A stretch of 64,000 nt of DNA from Felis catus (taxonomy: Eukaryota): assembly GCF_018350175.1 (NCBI RefSeq), contig NC_058373.1, forward strand, positions 112,842,001 through 112,906,000, written 5' to 3'. Positions 56,040 to 64,000 of this stretch are shown here, piece after piece. How positions within the stretch are numbered: the first letter of the stretch is position 1; the number at the start of each line of letters is the position of its first letter. A program made the translations under genes and the position numbers. A model generated the notes under the pieces. It searched no databases. It saw nothing but the letters and a program-made list of their open reading frames with translations, and was not told where the DNA came from.

Positions 56040-56150
56040 GTGGCAGCTGAGTGGCTCAGTCGGTGGAGCATCTGACTCTTGATCTCTGAGTCTTGAGTTC
56101 AGGTTCCATGTTCAGCGTGGAGCCTACTTTATAAACAAACAAATAAATAA
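56040..56150 (+). mobile_element. Short-form CAN-SINE lacking the CT region
   Basis: tRNA-like head, gtggagcctactt, A-rich tail. Degenerate TSD aggatt(g/a)tagt(c/a)attta. Confidence 0.8.
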
Positions 56151-56553
56151 GGATTATAGTAATTTAAGGCAGACACAGATTTTAAAAAGCAAAAAAAGTC
56201 TGAAGTGAAAATGGTCTCCTAAAGCCCTCTGAAATCTGAAAAGATGTTATAGTCAAAAGATATTATACCTTCTAGACATATTCTTTCACAGAAATTGAAG
56301 TACATAAAGTATTGAGAAAGCTACATGCATTCCCTGATAGATTTATTTTGAGATATGCTTTACCTTTCTGTTAAGTTTAAGCTTTTTAAATGTCTGATTA
56401 AGTTGGAATTCTGGGAGAGTACTCTTATTATTATTATTGGTAGCCATTCCCCAAGCTGAAAATGAATGTCATAGCTTTGGGAAGAAAAATGCTTTTACTT
56501 TGTTTACTCAAGTCAAATAGTTAAATGCTCCTGATGTTCAAAAAGTGAGAGGA

Positions 56554-56775
56554 GGGGCGCCTGGGTGACGCAGTAGGTTAAGCTTCCGACTTCAGCCAGG
56601 TCACGATCTCGCGGTCCGTGAGTTCGAGCCCCGCGTCAGGCTCTGGGCTGATGGCTCAGAGCCTGGAGCCTGTTTCCGATTCTGTGTCTCCCTCTCTCTC
56701 TGCCCCTCCCCCGTTCATGCTCTGTCTCTCTCTGTCCCAAAAATAAATAAACGTTGAAAAAAAAAATTTAAAAAA
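56554..56775 (+). mobile_element. Young felid CAN-SINE
   Basis: Near-consensus, CpG-rich. TSD aaaaagtgagagga. Confidence 0.95.
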
Positions 56776-57449
56776 AAAGTGAGAGGAAAAAAGTATGATC
56801 TGCAAGATGAGTCTTACATTGCAATGCTGGAGTCAGTTTCTCCCTCTATGCTTCAGTCTCTATGTGAAAAGAAAATAGTCGTTGTGTGTATACTAATTTC
56901 AGTTATTTCCAGAGAATCACAGTATCCTAGAATTGAAAGGAACTTCGGATGTTAGCCAGTTCAGACTTTCACCTAGTGAAGATGTTAGAGAAAATTTCTG
57001 ACAGCTAGCCATCAGGTTTTTGTTTGCCACTTTTAGTGAGAAAGATCTTCATTCTTTTGTCGAATGGCTGCTGTGGCAAGCCAAAGTCTTCACCCCTGTT
57101 TCTTCCATCCATTAGTCCTAATTCTGCCCTCTGGAGCAATACCAAATAAATTTACTCCCTCTTCTGTATGACAAACTTTCAAAGAAGGCACTATTTATGA
57201 TTATATAAATGCGAAGTAGTATCTTCTCTTCCATCTGCAGACAGTATTACTATATTACGTTATAGTCGTAACAGTTGCACACTCTTCATTCCCAAAGCTA
57301 TTATAGAGAGATTGAGTTGAAGCCAGGGTTAATTTGGTTTATTTATTGAGTGCCTACAATGTACAGGTCAGGGCAACCAAGAAGCCTAGATAACATGAGA
57401 CCTTGTCTTGTGAGACAGCTACACATTATCATATCAAATTTATAAATTT

Positions 57450-59100
57450 GCCTCTTATCACAATTTATTGCCTCTCTATGCTTTTTAGTTCTTTTAAATT
57501 CCATTTCAACATTAATATGCCACTCTTGCTTTTTTGCTTATTTACACTTGGCTGGTGTCTCTTTACCCTACTGTTGATTTCCAGTCTTTCCTCTTTTACT
57601 GTACCCTTTGTGAATAACATTCAAATGGGATGTGACCTTTAAAAAAAAAAAAGGCTCAATCTCGTACCAGCCTTAAGTCACTATAACCCTAATCCTGGCA
57701 TAAAGTTTATTTTGCTTTACCATGAAGTTTGCTATAAATTATTCCTTTGATATTTTTTCTCCCATCTTACTTTATGTTTACAGTTCATCCAACTTTGTTA
57801 TTTCTTCCTTGTCCTTTTTCCTGTTATTGGTTTCATCCAGGTGCTATTTTTCCCTTTTGCCCCCTTACGATTTTAGAAGGTATGCTAGACTTTACCATTC
57901 CCCTCGTGCTTTCCTTCCAATTTCTGATACTCATAATCAAATATGCATTTCTCCACTATTATATTTTTTAAAAGGTGCTAACTATATCCTTCTTCCAAGA
58001 CATTCCCATTTCCTCTATGTCCCTGCACCAGTGAACTTTTACTTCCCCCATCTCCTCCCACCCAGAAACTTTAAGTATTGCTGAGAAAATGCTTTGAATT
58101 CTAGATGAGAATTAAGTTGTCTTTTGTAGTAAGTCTGTACACCTTCTGGGGAATCCATATCTAGTATATACATTATAATTTCCCAGTTTATTTGATCATT
58201 ATTCATTTAGATTTAGCTATATATAGTTTTATAAATGTGTTTATATATGTATTTCAAAAATGCTTCTTACCCTCCTTGTCTTCCCCTGTCTTGAGATTTC
58301 TGATCTGATCCATTTTTTTTTTCATTTAGAGTCATTATTCCAAAACATTACTGGTTGATTTATTATCTGAATCTTTGCATTTTCACAAATATGATTCTTC
58401 TATCCTTATAGGTCAATGGTGTCTGACTGGGTATAGGATTTAGAGCTTGCAGGCCTTCTTTCTCAGAGTATATTTATGGTAATCTATGGTTTTGCAGTTT
58501 TGGTATTGTAGGTAAGAAGTCCAAAGCTAATATTATTTTCCTTTGTTAATAACCCCCATGTTTCTGTCTGACAGCTGGTAAGATTTTCTGTTTTATCCTT
58601 GAAATTACAAAATTGTACCAAGACATTCTTAGGTTTATATTTTTTGGCAATCTTGTCTTGAACTCAGTACATTTTTTTAAATTTCCAAGACCTTTTCAAA
58701 TAAATGAAATTTTCTTCCTTCATTGGTTCCTTTTTTTCTTTTGGAATTCCTATTGGTAGTCTACAGTCTCTTGCTCTGTCTTCCAATTTTCTTATTATTT
58801 CCTGCACTGACTTCCTTCCCTTTGTATTTCTGTACATTCCTTTGAGGTTTTTCTGCCACTTGGGCTTTCAGGCCACTGACAGAGTTTGCACCAGGCACTA
58901 TCTCCACCTTCATCTACTAAATTTTAAAATTTGAAAATCATGTTTTCCATTCCAAAACATCCTTTTCATGTTGTAAGTCTATCTCCATTAGTGCTTTGTT
59001 TGTTGTTATTGCTGCTAAAATTATTTATTTCCCCCAGCAGCTTTACTTCAGTAGCATCTGTCCTAAATATTGTGCTTATCCTACAACCCTCCAGATGCTG
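57450..59100 (-). mobile_element. Probable very old L1 relic
   Basis: T-rich degenerate sequence with ctgggtataggatt…, agaagtccaaagctaat…, taagattttct… resembling antisense L1M. Confidence 0.4.
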
Positions 59101-60191
59101 GCCTCTTAGATTGCTGGTATTTTCCTTTGCCTACTGAGAGTTTTATTTATTCTCAGCCTGCAGGAGGCTGCTAGGGTAGTGTGGCCATTAGGTGAACATG
59201 GTTGTAGTGGAAAAAAGGATCACAAGTGGTAAAAGGCACAGAAATCACAGCTCATGAATTGCAGAGCACCAATGGCAAGCTGCCAGTGTTCTAGTGAAAT
59301 GCAAAAAGAAAGAGAGAGAGAAAGGAAGGAAAGAATGATACCTTTGTGCTTAAACTATATTCCACTTAGCTTCAAGTAATTTAAATCAATGAATGTTAGA
59401 AATAGAAAGAATGTGGTCGAAATGTTCTTATTTTACAGGTAAGGATAATGAGACCCCAAAAAGTGATGTTTGTTTTTCAGAGTCATCTTAATTAGCAGTG
59501 GAGACAAAACTGGGTTCTAGACCTTCAATTAATAGTTCTATTTTCTGTCACATAGTACTTCATTTTTTAGCTTTTTGTTCTAAATCAGCTCTCTTGTAGA
59601 ATGCTTTTATATAATATTGGTACTCTAAGAGAACAATGGGTAGTTACTTAATATTTCAAGTGAAAATGGATAGAAAGTCCTAGTAAATCCAGACTAATGC
59701 TAGTATTAGATTTATCTTCAAAGAAATTATTATTAATCACCATTCAAATCTAATTAAAACTGCAGTTGTTAATGAAGAAATAAATGATATCACAATATTC
59801 CTTTAAGATGTGCTGCACTTTGAGAAAAGGTACTGGTGTATACCTAGGAAACATAATCTGCTTAATCCAGTATCCCCTCCAGTAGCAATGCTGAGAAGAT
59901 AGTTCAGATTTTAAAAGTACAAATTGTTGGGTTTTTATCATCTCTATTTAACATATACAAATAAGATTTATATATTTAGGTTAGAATAATAAACAGTTTT
60001 TATCTGAAGGCACACTGTATATAACAAAATATCTTTCACTATGTGAATATTACTGTAGTTTAAAACAACAGTAGAATGAACATAGGGTAACCTTGAACCT
60101 TTCACCACCTCTGTGAACCCCAGGGCCCTCTCTCCCTGTGCCTACTCATAGAATGATGAAATTAACACATAGCTGTGAAAATGCCTAGTTC

Positions 60192-60409
60192 TTTTTTTTT
60201 TTTTTAAGTTTATTTCTTTTTGAGAGAGAGTGTGTGTGCACAGGAGGGGCAGAGAGTGAAAGAGAGAGAGAGAGAGAGGGAGACAGAGGATCCAAAGTGG
60301 GCTCTGCACTGACAGTAGAGAGCCCAATGCGGGACTCAAACCCACAAACCATGAGATCGTGACCTGAGCTGAAGTCAGATGCCTAACCTAATGAGCCACC
60401 CAGGCACCC
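60192..60409 (-). mobile_element. CAN-SINE
   Basis: Antisense SINE. Degenerate TSD ending tagttctttt. Confidence 0.92.
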
Positions 60410-60874
60410 AAAAGCGCATAGTTCTTTTACAACATACATGTTATTGTCATTACTTTTACTTCTTAAATATCAAATTATCTAATATGTACAAAGTAATGTC
60501 ATATGAAAAACACATGTGAGATATATACAGTCATATTAAAGGATCAGATTATACTGTTTTAGTTTTACTCTCCCATCTTTCAGGAAATTATATACCATGC
60601 TCTTTCTAACACAACTGAGAAAATCATGAATTGTTTTTATTCTACTGTAATATCCACGATTATAATACTTGTTACCTATTCCTTTTATCATTCAGATAAT
60701 TGCCTAGTCTTAGAAAGCAAATCTGTTTTTATTTCTTAAAAGTAAAAAGGTGACAGAGAGGGAATGTGAAATAAATGGAAAATATCAGCATTTGTCAAAT
60801 CTGAGAGATGAATACATGGGTGTTATGCTATTATCTTATGTTGGAAATATGTTGTCATTTAAAATATAATATGA

Positions 60875-61010
60875 GAGGCGCCTGGGTGGCTCGGTCAGTC
60901 AAGCATCCAGCTCTTGATTTCAGCTCAGGTCATGATCCCAGGGTCATGGGAGCAAGTTCCACATCAGGCTCTGTGCTGAACATGGAGCCTGCTTGAGATT
61001 CTCTCTCAAA
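60875..61010 (+). mobile_element. CAN-SINE with a short CT region and tail
   Basis: ggcgcctgggtggctcggtcag…gagcctgcttgagattctctctc. Confidence 0.88.
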
Positions 61011-61334
61011 GTAAGTTAATTAACTAATTAATTAATTTAACAGTATATATCATAAAAAAGAGAGCAAATGTCTGACTTGTAAACAAGCCCATAAAGTCAT
61101 GTTTAGTCAAAATCTTACTTAGTTTCCATCTAAATATAGGATTAAGAATCACATTTATTTCATTCCCCAGAATTATACTAACATGTCCCCACATGTACTT
61201 TTCTAGTCAGCATAGGCAGATTCTCACTTTTTTGCCTAAACATCCTCTATTTGGTGCTTTTGCACAAGGGCCCATTCTCATGAGAATTTTCCTCATATGA
61301 CATTTCATACTCCTGAAAAAACTGGACAGTCAGC

Positions 61335-61555
61335 CTGGTTAGTCAGTAGGATGGAATAAACACATAATGAGGATCCAGAGGTTTTAGTTCTAGCCTTGCC
61401 GCTTATTGCTGTCTACTCTACCTTTAAAACACTACTTTGCTCTGAATATTACTTTCCTTTTCTGTAGAATGGGCATGATAATACCTGTCCAATCCACCTC
61501 ACAGACTGATTGTGAAGTAATAAGTGGAGTTACAGTATACAACATAAATGAAGTC
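61335..61555 (+). mobile_element. MIR relic
   Basis: gttctagccttgccgctta…ttctgtagaatgggcatgataatacct…cctcacagactgattgtga. Confidence 0.6.
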
Positions 61556-62467
61556 ATAGATCCTCTGTTTTCGTACATTTGTACCTGTCCCTCTAGTAAG
61601 CTGTGATCTCTTACTAGATCCCAGGCACAGAAAGAAGTATGCAACAGAAAGTAGAGTCAAAGGAAGGGGCAGAAGGAGAAAGAGAAGAGAAAGACCCAAA
61701 GAATGCACCCAGCTGTGATACTGAACACAATGAGCCCCCCCCCCCCCGCAAAGGCCTTTCCAACCTTAAGATTCACAGGAATACACGAGCAGCAGAGTAG
61801 AAAGCAACATTGAAATATTCTTTGAAACATAATAAATTATGGTAAGGACTTGGCATAAAATCCCTCTTAGTTTATTTCTGCAAATTAGAAATTTTCATGT
61901 GGAGAGTTGATGACTCTGCAGTTTTATAAAATAGGGGGGAAAAATTTCCCCCAGATAATACAAAAACAATCATTAAGAAAAAATTCACTGAAAAGTGTTT
62001 TTATTTGCATCATCAGCTGGCCTATCCCAGGACCTTTATCCACATACAAAGATTAATCCATGAAGATGTGCATGTCACTGCTGCTTTGTTTCCAAGGACT
62101 TAACTATAATCCTCTAGAGCTGACATGCTATAAATTACGTATTATAAAATTGGTGAAATTGGCTAATATCTCTTTATATTAACACAAAATTGTATTTTGT
62201 TGATGATATTCATTGTCCATTCACCAGAACCACATTCTACATCAACCTGTGTTTATATTCTTTCCATTTACTCCTTTTTCCAACCATTTGACTCACCCTA
62301 ATGATAAAGGGTCCGAGAGCTCTAGGCATGCAATAATCAGGAACCCAATATGTGCATATCTTATAGTATTTTAACACAACTAGATAAGTTCCTATCTTTT
62401 TCCCTAACACAAAATGAAAAAGATTGATGAAAAACCTGTACAAAATACTTAATTCAAAAATACTTTA

Positions 62468-62669
62468 GGGGCACCTGGGTGGCCCTGGGTGGTCAGTTAA
62501 GCGTCTGAATTCGGCTCAGGTCATGATCTCGCAGTTCATGAGTTCAAGCCCCGCATCAGACTGTCTCTTGTCAGTGCAGAGCCCACCTTGGATACTCTGT
62601 CTCCCTCTCTGTCTGCCCGTTCCCTGTTCACACTCTCTTTCTCTCTCAAAAATAAATGAACATTTAAAA
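62468..62669 (+). mobile_element. CAN-SINE with a duplicated cctgggtgg in the head
   Basis: SINE body. TSD aatacttta. Confidence 0.92.
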
Positions 62670-63284
62670 TAATACTTTAAATACATCCATTATTGAATAT
62701 AATTCTTCCAAGAGGTTTGCCCAATGTGTTTAACTTTGAAAGGGATTTTTTTAAAGTTTTTTAAGTGTTTTACATATAGATCCTAACTTTATTAAATACC
62801 TGGGTACCTTTTCGGCTGCATAAGTAATTAAGTGGATGATTTTAAAGAGTCCTATGTTTGTAGTTTGAACCTCATGTGAGCCATTTTTCAAACTTCTATT
62901 TTTGTGTTTTCTCCTTTGGAGCTTGCTTCCCAAAGCCAAACAACCCCCAGTACCTTCATTGACAGGCCAGTGCCTGAAGAGGAGAATTTTATCCAGATCC
63001 AGTAAGAGAACATTAGATGAAACTATTTAGGCCGGAACCAGGCCTGGCTTGCTATTGAGCCATTTAGACTTTTCACATGTAGTTCTGAATGTATCTGAGG
63101 CCCAAACTATGATTTTCTTCTGTTTTAGTCATGAATATTCTCCTATACTGTCAAACATGCTAAAGTTGAACTCTGCCAGATTGTTAGGTGTGTTTATATG
63201 ATAAGCTTCTGTCAGTAGTGCAGCAATAATAACAACAACTAACCTTTCTTTTAAAACTTAGTTTGGACTGCATACTATTCCATA

Positions 63285-63480
63285 AACTGTTTTGTATGTA
63301 TTATGTCACTTAATCCTCATAACAACCCTATACTATCTCTACTTTGTAGAAGGAAAGCTGAAGCACAGAGAAGTTAGGTAACTTGTCCAAGGTTCTCCAT
63401 CTAACAGGTAGTAGCCCCAGGATTTAAACTCAGGCATCTGACTTTAGAGCATACTCTTGATCTCTGTGCTATACCACCTC
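63285..63480 (-). mobile_element. MIR relic
   Basis: ttaatcctcataacaacccta…ctgaagcacagagaagttaggtaacttgtccaaggt…ggatttaaactcagg core. Confidence 0.75.
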
Positions 63481-63806
63481 CCAGTTGGTTTATCTCTTGT
63501 AGAGCCTTAGAGAACTGAAGGTAGCCTCTCAGATGAATCTCAAGCTCCTCTCCTTACCTCTGTCACCCCTGGAAAAAGAGTGAAATGATGTTCTAGTTAC
63601 AAATCTTCTACTTCTCTTCCACCCCCTTTACCTCCTTCTCTTTCCCTCCCTCCCCCATCAAATAATGCATTAAGGTAAAGGGACATGAAAAAACTTCACT
63701 ACCAAGAGAAATTTGGGGAAATATATGCTATCTCACCGAGCTACCATTTGATTTCAAGTTAACAAAAAAACATGAGGCTAGCTTAAGCGAAGGAGGGGTT
63801 TATGGA

Positions 63807-64000
63807 GCAAAGGAAACAATCAATAAAACTAAAAGGCAGCCAACAGAATGGGAAAAGATATGTGCAAATGACATATCGGACAAAGGGCTAGTACCCAAAA
63901 TCTATAAAGAGCTCACCAAACTCCACACCCAAAAAACAAATAATCCAGTGAAGAAATGGGCAGAAAACATGAATAGACACTTCTCTAAAGAAGACATCCA
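63807..64000 (+). mobile_element. Start of a 5'-truncated felid L1 (ORF2 3' region), running off the window
   Basis: Translates [36 protein letters not shown]…; matches the reverse complement of about 53170-53367. Confidence 0.93.

Noticed and set aside
56040..56115. tRNA-like sequence
   Set aside because: It has an A-rich tail and TSD and no intact cloverleaf, so it is a short CAN-SINE and not a tRNA gene.

Overview
Mammalian genomic DNA, AT-rich and repeat-dense. It is felid on the evidence of SINEC_Fc-type CAN-SINEs and carnivore L1 3' ends. The window is an internal part of the gephyrin gene (GPHN) on the + strand. Six coding exons (8430-8522, 18324-18379, 23612-23731, 25496-25554, 26614-26767, 42894-43015) have canonical AG/GT ends and splice in frame into part of the MoeA-like E domain (…[12 protein letters not shown]…[10 protein letters not shown]). 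The flanking exons lie outside the window. The rest is intron: about 20 CAN-SINEs, several L1 pieces (one 2.1 kb copy with the RT region and a 15-bp TSD), LTR, L2, MIR and MER relics, and a ~510 bp pure AT tract. I found no convincing novel multi-gene system. The best leads are a candidate 69-nt poison exon at 51048-51116, inverted SINEs around a frame-preserving exon pair, a candidate L1 3' transduction within a nested insertion cluster, and a SINE inserted in a SINE. Repeat family names come from motif recognition, not database searches, and the boundaries of old repeats are approximate.
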